A stretch of DNA of 64,000 nt, taken from contig CAVSLV010000002.1 of the NCBI GenBank assembly GCA_963728915.1, positions 224,001 to 288,000 of the forward strand. The letters run 5' to 3'. Below, piece by piece: positions 32,928 to 43,090 of the stretch. Position 1 is the stretch's first letter. The number at the start of each line of letters is the position of its first letter. The position numbers and the translations under genes were made by a program. The notes under the pieces are model-generated. The model saw only the letters and a list, made by a program, of their open reading frames with translations, was not told the DNA's origin and did no database searches. The stretch comes from an uncultured Gemmatimonadales bacterium (GTDB lineage: Bacteria > Gemmatimonadota > Gemmatimonadetes > Gemmatimonadales > GWC2-71-9).

Positions 32928-33620
32928 GTGACAACTCGGCGGTCGATGGACGCGCTCCATCGCGCGGTGGTTTCCTGTGCCCGGTGTCCCCGGCTCCGGG
33001 CCTATTGCCGGGGCGTGGCCCGCGCAAAGAAGCGGGCATTCCGGAACTGGACCTACTGGGGAAAGCCGGTGCCCGGGTTCGGCGATCCCCGGGCTCGTCT
33101 CTGGGTGGTGGGGCTCGCGCCCGCCGCGCACGGGGGGAATCGTACCGGCCGGGTCTTTACGGGGGATTCGAGCGGGGACTGGCTGTTCGAGGCGCTCCAC
33201 CGGTTCGGCTTCGCCAATCAGCCGGATTCGACCTCCCGGGACGACGGCCTGAACCTCCGGGATTGCTACATCAGCGCGGCGGCCCGGTGCGCCCCGCCCG
33301 GCAACCGTCCCCTCCCGGCCGAGCTGGCCAACTGCCGGTCGTACCTGGCGGCGGAGCGCGAGCTGTTATCGCGGGTTAGGGTCGTGGTGACCCTGGGCGG
33401 GATTGCCCACCGGAGCTGGCTCCAGGCCGCCGGTTGGTGGGACCGGCTCGCCCCGCGCGAGCGTCCCGCCTTCGGTCACGGATCGGTCCACCTGCTGCCC
33501 GACGGGCTCCGGTTGATCAGCTCCTATCACCCCAGCCGGCAGAACACCAACACCGGCCGGCTGACCCGGACGATGTGGCATTCGGTGTTTCGGCGGGCCA
33601 GGAAACTCGTGCAACAGTGA
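32928..33620 (+). CDS. udgB: Uracil-DNA glycosylase family 5 (UdgB-type, Fe-S)
   Basis: CARCPRL, GLAPAAHGGNRTGRVFTGD, SYHPSRQNTNTG. Confidence 0.9.
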   Translation: MTTRRSMDALHRAVVSCARCPRLRAYCRGVARAKKRAFRNWTYWGKPVPGFGDPRARLWVVGLAPAAHGGNRTGRVFTGDSSGDWLFEALHRFGFANQPDSTSRDDGLNLRDCYISAAARCAPPGNRPLPAELANCRSYLAAERELLSRVRVVVTLGGIAHRSWLQAAGWWDRLAPRERPAFGHGSVHLLPDGLRLISSYHPSRQNTNTGRLTRTMWHSVFRRARKLVQQ

Positions 33621-33733
33621 GGTCGGTGGGTCGGTGAGGTCGGTGGGTCGGTGAGGTCAGTGGGGTCGGAATGTCAGTCCGCCCCGACCTCTCCGACCTC
33701 CCTGACCTCTCCGACCCACCGCCGTCACCTCAC
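33617..33733. repeat. Tandem 8/9-mer repeats followed by their inverted copies (long composite hairpin)
   Basis: (GTGAGGTCGGTGGGTCG) about x3, then CCGACCTCT-type units x4, between convergent genes. Confidence 0.8.
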
Positions 33734-34928
33734 GGGCCAGGGCGGACCCTGATTCCGCTTCACCCGCTTGAGCCCCTTGTAGACGAACTTCTGGAGCCGC
33801 TTGCCCTCGTAAGTTTCCGTGGTGTAGAGGTTCCCCTTCGAGTCGGTCGCAATCGAGTGCACCCCGAAGAACTGCCCCGGCTGGCGGCCGCCGTCGCCGA
33901 ACATGGGTGAGGATCTCGAGCGACTGGCGGTCCATCACGTAGATCCGCTCGTTCTTCCCGTCGGCGAGGAACAGGTATTTCTGGTCCTTGTCGCGAGAGA
34001 AGGCGATGTCCCAGACCGACCCGTCCCCCGGGTCCGCGGCGCAATCCGTTGTTCCTTGACAAACGTGCCGTCCTTGCGGAAGACCTGGATCCGGTCGTTG
34101 GGCCGGTCGCAGACATACACCAGCCCGTCGTTGGTCGGCTGGGCACAGTGGACCGGGTTCCGGAACTGCTGGGCCAGCGGGGCATCGGGGTTGTAGGGGC
34201 CCAGGTTGGTGTCGTCGGGCTTGTGGCCGTAGGCGCCCCAGTAGCGCTTGATCTTCCCGGTATCCATGTCGAGCACCGCGACCCGTTTGTTCCCGTAGCC
34301 GTCGGCGACGAACGCCTCATTCGCCGCGGGATCGAACGCGATCTTGGCCACCCGGCCGAAATGCTCCAGGCTGTTGCTGTTCGCCGCCTCGTTGGCCTTG
34401 CCGATCTGCATCAGGAACTTGCCGTCGTGGGTGAACTTGAGAATGTGGGAGTCCTTCAGGGCGGAGCTGGCGGTCCCGCCATTGCCCGCCGATCCACACG
34501 TTGTCCTTGTCGTCGAGGGAGATGCCATGATTGGAGACCGGCCAATCGTAGCCCTCGCCCGCCCGCCCCATCCCTTGATCAGGTTCCCCTCGGGATCGAA
34601 CTCGAGGATCGGGGGCGCGGCGGCGCAGCATTCGGCGATCGGCGGATTGCTCTTCGTACCGGCCTCGGTGCGCTGGTTGAGGGTCGAATCGCCCCGGTGG
34701 ATGATGAACACGTGATCCCGGGAATCCACCCCCACTCCGATGGTCGAGCCGAGGATCCAGTGATTGGGGAGCGGCCTGGGCCAAAGCGGATCGACTTCGA
34801 AGACCGGAGCCAGGATCGTGTCGCCCTGGTTGGCTTCGAGCACCGCCTGTCCCAGCGCCAGACCGGCCGACGGCCATGAGCGCCAGCGAGCATTCCAGAC
34901 GTCCAGCCCCTCCCTTTGCGCTTCCCAT
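33725..34928 (-). CDS. Secreted NHL-repeat beta-propeller (PAM lyase-like), several frameshifts
   Basis: FEVDPLWPRPLPNHW, ADGYGNKRV, YVCDRPNDRIQVF, HSIATDSKGNLY pieced together across frames. Confidence 0.75.
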
Positions 34929-34955
34929 GCCCAACCTCCCTGATATGTTGACGGG

Positions 34956-35770
34956 CTATTGTCCCCAGACCTCGCGGAACAAATTGAGCATCGCATCCCA
35001 CGATTTGGCCGCCGCCTCCGCGTTGTAGCCGAGCTGCGGCATGCCCACGGAATCCGCCCGTGGATTGGTGAAGCTGTGCTTGGCCCCGGGATAGACCACG
35101 ATCTGGGTCTGCGGCATGCGCGCCGGCGGCGGTCATTTCCTGGCGGAACGTCTCCACCGCTGAGGCAGGCACGAAAGGATCGTCGCCCCCGGTGAGCAGC
35201 AGGACTCGTCCCTTGACCACGCCGGAATCCACCTTGCCGGGAACCAGCGCGCCATGGAAGCTCACCACCGCGTCGAGATCGGCCCCCGCCGGCCTCGCCG
35301 AGCACCACCGCCCCACCGAAACAGTATCCGATGGCGCCGATTTTTTCGGGAGTCCACCTGCGGCTGCTTGACCAGCTCATCCCGCGCCGCAGTAAACCGG
35401 GCCGCGAGCTCCTGCATGTTGGCCATCGCCTCATTCATGAAGGCCTGGGCCGAATCGGGATGGGCGGTCATCTTCCCGTTGCCGTACATGTCGAGGGCAA
35501 ATCCGACATAGCCTGCTTCGGCGAGCCGCCGCGCCACGTTCCGAACGTAGTCGTTCAGTCCCCACCACTCATGGACCACCAGTACTCCCGGGCGCTTCCC
35601 CTCCTTCGACGCATCCCACGCAAGGAATCCCTTGAGGGTTGTTCCATTCGACTGGTAAGTGACTTCGCGGGTCTGAATGTCGGGAGTGGCCGGGGCTTCG
35701 CGGCCTTGTTACAGGCAACCAGCGCCGCAACCAGTACGGCAATCGAACGACGAGCGACGCCAGACCACAT
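34956..35770 (-). CDS. Dienelactone hydrolase family protein, several frameshifts
   Basis: VHEWWGLND, GYCFGG, VSFHG, YPGAKHSF split across frames. Confidence 0.8.
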
Positions 35771-35842
35771 GGCAGGATCTCCCAGAGAAATAGAGGGCCG
35801 ATTCCAGGAGCGGACCCGGGAATGGGAGAGTATACTCATCCC

Positions 35843-37214
35843 ATGCATCTCGCGTTATCCCGGACGGGTTGGCACCCTGGCGCTGGGGCGGCGCTCGGGG
35901 GATTCGGCGCTCGGGAAGCACGGGCCCACGACATACCGGCCCGGGTCACCGTGTTCACCTTTTTCAGGCCCGAGGGAAGCCTGCTCCGGGTCCTCGTCCG
36001 GGTTCCCCTCGAGGCGATGCGCGACATCGAATTCCCGCTTCGCTGGCCCGGCTACCTCGACCTGGCGCAAAGTCGGACCCAGCTGCTCGATGCGGCGCGG
36101 CTCTGGGTGGCCGGATCACTGGTGGTGACGGAAAACGGTGCCCGGCTGGGCGAGCCCACCATCGCGGCGGTGCAGGTTTCACTGCCTTCGGACCGGTCCT
36201 TCGACCAGTGGGACGATGCGCTCGCCCATGTCCGCGGGCCGCCATTGCCAGCGGAGACCGAGCTGGTCTGGCAGCAAGCCCTGCTGGACGTCCTCCTCGA
36301 GTATCCGATCGCTTCGGCCCAGGCCGATTTTGCGATCCAGCCGGGCTTCAACCGGCTCGGACAGAAGACCAGGACCGTGGTCCGGTTCCTTCCACCCGGA
36401 GGCTCGGAGCGAGCCTTCGAGCTGTCCGGAGACGATCAGAGCGAAACGGTCCGGCTGGATCCCCACTGGTACCAGGCTGCCGCGCGTTTCGTCCGGCTCG
36501 GCATCGGGCACATCCTGGGTGGGATCGACCACCTGCTCTTTGTCTTCTGCCTGGTGATTCCCGTTTCGGCGAATCCGCCCGCTGCTGCTGGTCGTGACCG
36601 CATTCACCGTCGCCCATTCGGTCACCCTGATCGCCTCGACGCTGGGGCTCGCCCCGACCGGGCTCTGGTTTCCTCCCCTGATCGAGACCCTGATCGCCAT
36701 TTCCATTCTCTACATGGCGTTCGAGAACATGCTCGGCGCGAATCCGGGACGCCGCTGGATCCTGGCCTTCGGATTCGGCCTGGTGCATGGATTCGGGTTC
36801 TCGTTCTTCCTGCGGAATTCCCTCCAGTTCGCCGGGGCGCATCTCGCTACCGCGCTGGTGTCCTTCAATCTGGGCGTCGAGCTGGGTCAGATCTTCGTGC
36901 TGGCCCTGACGGTGCCGGTGCTGAACTGGCTGTTCCGGCGGATTCCCGAACGGGCCGGCATGATCTGCTCTCCGCGCTGGTGGCCCACACCGCGTGGCAC
37001 TGGATGCTCGAGCGCCTCGCGATCCTCCGGGAGTTCCAGTTCCGCTTCCCCTCGCTCGATCCCGCCTTGCTGGGCGGCGCGCTGCCGGCGGCGGTGCTCC
37101 TCTGGTGGCCGTTGCGGCGCGGGGTGGGTGGTGCGCCAGCTCGCCCGCCGCTGGGGAGGGAACCCCAAGGCCGAGGCCCTGGAATCGGCCCGCCCTCGAC
37201 AAACGGCCTCCTGA
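35843..37214 (+). CDS. HupE/UreJ-family membrane protein with N-terminal extracytoplasmic domain, frameshifted
   Basis: GIGHILGGIDHLLF, TAFTVAHSVTL, FGLVHGFGF, FNLGVELGQ. Confidence 0.82.
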
Positions 37215-37642
37215 TGTTGCGCCGCGATGCTCGCCGGGTGCATAATCGCGCTACCGATAAAGGGGGCGGCGCAGAGCGCCCCGCCGGCGGGGGGCGGACC
37301 ACCCGGGGCGGGGTCTACACCGCGGCGCAGGCCGACCAGGGGGAACGAGATCTATTCCCTGAGCTGCTCGAGCTGCCATTCGGCCGCGACCCACGCGAGT
37401 CCGGCGTTCGCCGCGAAATGGTCCGGGCATCCCCTCGCCGAGTTGTTCCGGTTACATGAATGAGGAAATGCCGAAGGAGAACCCCGGAAGCCTGAGTCCA
37501 AAGGAGTACACGCTGGTGTTGGCGTACATGCTGAAGATGAACGGGATGCCGGCAGGCCAGGTCGAGCTGCCCAGCAATCCCGCCGAGCTGGAGAAGATCA
37601 GGATCGAACTCAAGCCTCGCCCGCGATTCCTCGCCGAGGTAA
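37214..37642 (+). CDS. Monoheme cytochrome c, frameshifted (end approximate)
   Basis: GVYTAAQA, CSSCH, MPKENPGSL, LAYMLKMNG across frames. Confidence 0.72.
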
Positions 37643-37645
37643 CCC

Positions 37646-39824
37646 ATGCGCACCCATCTTTCCCGGAGCCGCTGGTTGTTCGCCCTTCTCGCTGTGCCCG
37701 CGGTGCTACAGGCCCAGATGCCGCCTGCCGCCCGGGGGAATGTCCCCGGAGAATGGCGAGCCTGGGGGGCCGATCTCTGGAGCAGCCGCTACTCGCCGCT
37801 CGATCAGATCAACGCCGGGAACTTCAACACCCTGAAGGTCGCCTGGAAGTGGAACGCGGGCGCGTTCGGAGTCCGATGAGTACTACCGGAGCACCCCGCT
37901 CTACGCCAACGGCCGGCTCTTCACCGTGGCGACCACTCGCCGCGAACCCATCGCGATCGACCCCGCCACCGGGGAAACCCTCTGGATGTGGCGGATGGAC
38001 GAGGGGATCCGCTGGCAGAAGGCCGCCCGCCAGTATTCCGGACGGGGGCTGGCCTACTGGACCGATGGAGCCCAGGAGCGGGTGGTCGTGATCACTCCCG
38101 GCTATCACCTGGTGTCGCTGGACGCGAAGACCGGGATCCCCGATCCGAAGTTCGGCCAGGGCGGCGTGGTGGACCTGATGGCCGGGTTAGGGTTCGAGCT
38201 GGTGCCCCTGGCGGTGGACGACTCGGGGCCCCTCATCATCAGCGACGCGGCTCCCCCCCGGAAAGCGCGCCCCGGCGAGAAGTGGGACCCGGTCACCAGG
38301 ACCGGCGCCGACGGCACCATCGGGATCGACCCCGCCATGGGACAGATCGCCAACAGCTCGCCCGCCATCATCGTGAATGACGTGATCGTGGTGGGAAACT
38401 CGAGCGTCCACGGGTACTACCCGATCAAGGCCCATAACCTTCCCGGCTACATCCGCGGCTTCGACATCCATACCGGCCGCCAGCTCTGGAAGTTCAACCT
38501 GATCCCCGAGCCGGGAGAGTTCGGCGCGGAGACCTGGGAACACGGGACCAAGCCCGGCACCGAAGGGGTCGGGAAGAACGACGCCTGGGCCACCTATGCC
38601 GCGGACCCCGAGCTGGGACTGGTGTACATCCCGGTCGGGATGGGGCTGGTCGACGAGTACGGCGGGCACCGGCCCGGCGCGAACCTGTTCGCGAACTCCG
38701 TGGTGGCGATCGACGTGAAGACCGGCAAACGGAAATGGCATTACCAGTTCGTGCATCACGACATCTGGGACTACGACACCCCGATGTCGCCCAACCTCTT
38801 CGATGCGGTGATCGACGGAAAGCCACGTAAAGTCCTGGCCCAGACCACCAAGCAGGGCTGGGTCTACACCCTGGACCGGGTCACCGGCGAGCCGATCTGG
38901 CCGATCGTCGAGACCAGGGTGCTCCAGAGCGAAGTTCCCGACGAGAAGACCTGGCCCACCCAGCCGATCCCCAGCAAACCGGCCCCGTTCAGCCAGCAGG
39001 GATTGGTGGAGTCCGACCTGATCGCCTACACCCCGGCCATCCGTGACTCCGCCCTCGCGCTCGCGCGGAAGTGCCGCATGGGTCCGTACTTCATCCCCGC
39101 TTCGCTCGCCGATGGCACCGGCAAGAGCGGATTCCGGTGTTCGTGGTACGCCCCCGGCGCCAGCGGGGGAGTGAACATCGACGGCGGTGCCGCGGTGGAC
39201 CTGGAAACCGGCATGATGTACGTCGGCTCGCAGAGCGGCCTCACCACCATCCAGGTGCAGAAGGACCCCTGCTCCGAACTGCGCTACACCTCGATCCACG
39301 ATAGCTGCGGGCTTCTCGGAGCGCTGCCGGCTCCGCCGGGCTACCAGCCTCCGACCGGGCCGATCGGCGGGTTCGAGGGGAGGTCGCGCGGCTCCCGGAT
39401 CGGGAATGTCTCCATCCTGAAGCCCAAGGAATACGGCGGCGTCACCGCGTACGACATGACGACCGGGAACAAGAGCTGGTGGATCCCCAACGGCGGCTTC
39501 ATGAAAATCACCAGCAACGATCCCCTCTTTGCCGGGGTCGAGCTGCCGCCGCAGTCGCCGGGAGGCCAGGCCCAGATCATCACCACCAGGACCCTCGTCA
39601 TCTACGGCACCGGCCGCCTCGGCGGGGTGCCCGGCGCCACGCCGATGCTCTATGCGGTGGACAAGAAGACCGGCAAGCAGGTCGGCGCGGTGGAGATTCC
39701 CTCCCGCACCACGGCGGTGCCGATGACCTTCATGCATCAGGGGAAGCAATACATCGTCTTCGCGATCGGCGCCGAGACGAATACCGCGCTGGTCGCGCTC
39801 CGGCTCCCGGACGGGACGCCGTAG
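37646..39824 (+). CDS. PQQ-dependent dehydrogenase (quinoprotein glucose-dehydrogenase-like), frameshift at about 37870
   Basis: SRYSPLDQINAGN, RGLAYW, QFVHHDIWDYD, LDRVTGEPIWP, PMTFMHQGKQYI. Confidence 0.88.
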
Positions 39825-39859
39825 CAGTGCCAGTGGAACCTCGTTCGGGAGCCCGCGTC

Positions 39860-40744
39860 ATGCATCGAGTGTTCGCCCGTGCTTCGCTGGTCGCCGGCAT
39901 CGTTCTGGGATCGGCCGGATCCCTCGCCGCCCAGGGCGGAGGAGGAGGCAGCTCTCCACAGGCCCAGGCGCGCCGGGAGGCCGCCCGGCTGGACAGCGAA
40001 GGCAAAACCAGCGAGGCCCGCGCGATCATCCAGAAACAGATCGACGAGGCGCCGACTCCCGCGGCCAAAGCCGCCGCCCAGCGCTTCATGGCGATGTCGT
40101 ACGCGTTCGATGGGGACTGCGCCAACACCATCAAGTACGAAGATCTGGTGATCGCCTACTGGAAGACCCGCGAGGCGGACGAGCCGCAGAATGCGTTCTA
40201 CCAGGAAGGCGAGATGGCGAACGAAGGCGCCCGGGTCTGCGTCGATGCGGGGGATCTCGCGGCCGGAGAGAAATACTACCGGCTGGGAAGTGATCTGGGC
40301 AATCGGGAGCCGGCGCCCCGGACCCATCCCAGCAGTTTATGGGATTACCGGCTCGCCCATGCGCTGGGCCGCATCGCGGCGCGGCGCGGCAATGCGGACG
40401 AGGCGAAGCGACAGATCGCCGCCGCCCGCCACGCGCTGGACAGCGACCCGGCCATGGCGGAGGCCCAGAACCGGTTCTTCCCCTACCTGGTCGGATATGT
40501 GGCGCTGTACACCAACGACCTGAAGACCGCCGAAGCCGAGCTGACCCGCGCGATCGCGCTGGACGGCAACGAGAACGACCCGTTCATGCACTACCTCCTG
40601 GCCGCGACCCTCGAGAAGGAAGGCAACTCGGCGAGGGCCCGGGAGCTCTACCAGAAAGCCTACGACCTGGCGACGGGCCATAACCCGCCGGCGGCTTTCG
40701 TCCGCCCCGCGGTGCGCAAGAAGCTGGCAAGCCTGGGGTCATGA
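39860..40744 (+). CDS. Secreted TPR-repeat protein
   Basis: Signal peptide and helical TPR-like repeats; start at ATG 39860. Confidence 0.7.
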   Translation: MHRVFARASLVAGIVLGSAGSLAAQGGGGGSSPQAQARREAARLDSEGKTSEARAIIQKQIDEAPTPAAKAAAQRFMAMSYAFDGDCANTIKYEDLVIAYWKTREADEPQNAFYQEGEMANEGARVCVDAGDLAAGEKYYRLGSDLGNREPAPRTHPSSLWDYRLAHALGRIAARRGNADEAKRQIAAARHALDSDPAMAEAQNRFFPYLVGYVALYTNDLKTAEAELTRAIALDGNENDPFMHYLLAATLEKEGNSARARELYQKAYDLATGHNPPAAFVRPAVRKKLASLGS

Positions 40745-40782
40745 TCATGAATGCGATCGCTCGCAGGATCTCTGGAGGCCGC

Positions 40783-41970
40783 ATGCGTTCCACCATCATT
40801 GCTCTGATCGTCCTGCCCTCGCTGGCGAGAGCCCAGACTCCGCAACCTCCCGCGCAGCTCGCGCCGGATTCCATCAAGGCGCTGGTGGGCCGGCTCGACC
40901 TCGAGCGCTACAAGGCCACCGTCAAGGGACTGACCCAGTTCGGGGATCGACGCCAGGGCACCGACCGGAACCGGGCAGCGGTCGACTGGATCGAGGCCCA
41001 GCTCAAGAGCTACGGCTGCCCCACCGATCGGATCCACTACGAATACATGGGCCGCCAGATCCGTCAGCCGGGCGATACCACCCGGCCGCGCTCGACCGCT
41101 CCCCGCCCGCCTTCGAACTTCCCCCAGAAGGGGTACCGGGCTCCGACCGGGGTGAACATGGACCCGATGCGCCAGCCCGACACCGCGCTCCGCCGGATCG
41201 ATGCGCCGCCCGATACTCCCGGCCCGCGCGAGGAGGTCTACTGCACCAAGGTCGGCACCACCCATCCCGAGGAGATGTACATCATTGGCGCCCACATGGA
41301 CGGGCACGGGTTCGGGGCGGCGGCGAACGATGACGGCTCGGGGACCGCGCTGGTCATGGAGCTGGCCAGGATTTTCAGCATGCCGGACGTCGAGACCGAT
41401 CGCACCATCCGGTTCGCCTTGTGGAACAACGAGGAGACCGGCCTCAACGGGGCGCGCGCCTACGTCGAGCAGCGCAAGGATCTCCAGGGAAAGGAAAGCC
41501 CGACGGGATCGGGGAAATACCCGGAGCCCAAGTGGCTGGGCATGATTCAGCACGACATGATGATGTGGGACCACGGGATGCCCGGGCCGGATGGCAAGGT
41601 GGGTCCGGAGCAGCGGCGGGAAGCCGATGTGAACATCGAATTCGCCGGGAGCTCGAAGCTCGCGGAGGAGGCGCAGAAGCTCGCGTGGTTCTTCCGGCGC
41701 ACCAACGATCAGTACGCGACCGACTATCCCGCGGCGGTGGGAGACCGGATGAGCAACACCGATTCCCAGCCGTTCCAGGATCTGGTGGCCGCGATTTCCC
41801 TGCGGGAAAATGAGCGATTGGCCCAGATCGGCAGCGGCTGGGACCCGAACTGGCATCAGCCGACCGACGTGTATACGACCTACTCGGACAAGGATTTCCG
41901 GCTCGGATTGAACGCGGCCCAGACCACCCTCGCCGCGATCGCTCAGCTTGCGGGGGTTCGGATCAAGTAA
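40783..41970 (+). CDS. Secreted M28-family metallopeptidase
   Basis: IGAHMD, ANDDGSG, NNEETGL, HDM, WHQPTD; GGAGG RBS. Confidence 0.88.
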   Translation: MRSTIIALIVLPSLARAQTPQPPAQLAPDSIKALVGRLDLERYKATVKGLTQFGDRRQGTDRNRAAVDWIEAQLKSYGCPTDRIHYEYMGRQIRQPGDTTRPRSTAPRPPSNFPQKGYRAPTGVNMDPMRQPDTALRRIDAPPDTPGPREEVYCTKVGTTHPEEMYIIGAHMDGHGFGAAANDDGSGTALVMELARIFSMPDVETDRTIRFALWNNEETGLNGARAYVEQRKDLQGKESPTGSGKYPEPKWLGMIQHDMMMWDHGMPGPDGKVGPEQRREADVNIEFAGSSKLAEEAQKLAWFFRRTNDQYATDYPAAVGDRMSNTDSQPFQDLVAAISLRENERLAQIGSGWDPNWHQPTDVYTTYSDKDFRLGLNAAQTTLAAIAQLAGVRIK

Positions 41971-41975
41971 CAGCC

Positions 41976-42004
41976 TTGACAGTTCGGCGCGATAGCTGCA
42001 CTAT
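41976..42004 (+). promoter_or_regulatory. Sigma70-type promoter candidate
   Basis: TTGACA-N17-CACTAT upstream of the CDS at 42183. Confidence 0.5.
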
Positions 42005-42182
42005 GGGGGGCCATTAGAAGCAGATCCATCTGGGGCAGAGGCACGTAAGTCAAAGTGCCCCTTGGTCTTAGTGCGCTCGGTTCCGCCGACGGAGGCTCGG
42101 CGTGCAGGCGTTGCATACTGCCTTCGGCCCGTAGACAACGGCCTTCATTGACAAGGCCTGATTAACGAAAGGTGCTGCTCCT

Positions 42183-43004
42183 ATGAAGCGCGTAGCGGGA
42201 TACACCATGTTGCTCGCTCTGGTGGCCTCTGCCTGTTCCGAATCGCCAACGACGCCCAATCAGAAAGAGAACCCGCTGATCGAGCGGACCTCCACGCCGG
42301 AGGCCAAGGCCTCCTACGCGACTTCACTCGGGCTCACCCTCAATTCAGCCAATTCAGCGACGACCTCCGACAAGGCCAACCTGGTTGCCCTGCCTCCGTT
42401 CTGGCAGACCAGCTTCGGAACCGACCTGCACATGTCGGATGATCAGTCGACCTTCGTCGCGTTCAACTTCCCCTTCACGTTCTACGGGAACACCTACACC
42501 GGCGCCTGGGTCGGTTCGAACGGATACATCACGTTCCAGGGCTCAGAGACCGACTGCTGCTCCATCGTTTTTCCGAGCCCCAGCCGGCGCCCCATGATCG
42601 CCGCGATCTATGGAGACTGGCTGCCGCCGTCAGGTGGAGCGGTACTCTTCAACGTGATCGGCCAGGCGCCGCGCCGTCGCCTGGTCGTCACCTGGGCGGG
42701 CGTGCCGGAGTACGCCGCGCACGCTGGCTACAACACCTTCCAGCTCCAAATCCTCGAGTCGCTCAACGTCATTCTCCTGAGCTACAACGGACTATCCACT
42801 CCAGGGTTCAACTGGACCGGAAACCCCATGCGGGTCGGAATTTCCAACGGGCAGTTCTTCCAGTTCGGGGGATATCCGCCCCTGGTCCAGCTTGCGGTCG
42901 GAAGTCAGATTCCGGCGCTCAACGGCCATACCCTCTGCCTCATCAATCTGGGTGGGACCTACCGCAGCTGGTCCGACCTGGTCTGCTCGATCTTCGTGCT
43001 CTAG
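42183..43004 (+). CDS. Lipoprotein with NIDO-like beta domain
   Basis: Lipobox ASAC; FPFTFYG...VGSNGYITF...IAAIYGDW...NTFQLQI. Confidence 0.65.
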   Translation: MKRVAGYTMLLALVASACSESPTTPNQKENPLIERTSTPEAKASYATSLGLTLNSANSATTSDKANLVALPPFWQTSFGTDLHMSDDQSTFVAFNFPFTFYGNTYTGAWVGSNGYITFQGSETDCCSIVFPSPSRRPMIAAIYGDWLPPSGGAVLFNVIGQAPRRRLVVTWAGVPEYAAHAGYNTFQLQILESLNVILLSYNGLSTPGFNWTGNPMRVGISNGQFFQFGGYPPLVQLAVGSQIPALNGHTLCLINLGGTYRSWSDLVCSIFVL

Positions 43005-43026
43005 ACATCCGATCCACCAGAATCAC

Positions 43027-43059
43027 GAAGGGCCGGCATTCGCCGGCCCTTTTGCTTTC
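43027..43059 (+). terminator. Intrinsic terminator
   Basis: GAAGGGCCGGC-ATTC-GCCGGCCCTTTT followed by a T-rich tail. Confidence 0.85.
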
Positions 43060-43090
43060 TCAACCTCCCCGCCCCGCGTGCCGGGACGGC

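Noticed and set aside
33617..33733. Possible CRISPR array
   Set aside because: Units are 8-9 nt with no unique spacers, and there are no cas genes in the window.
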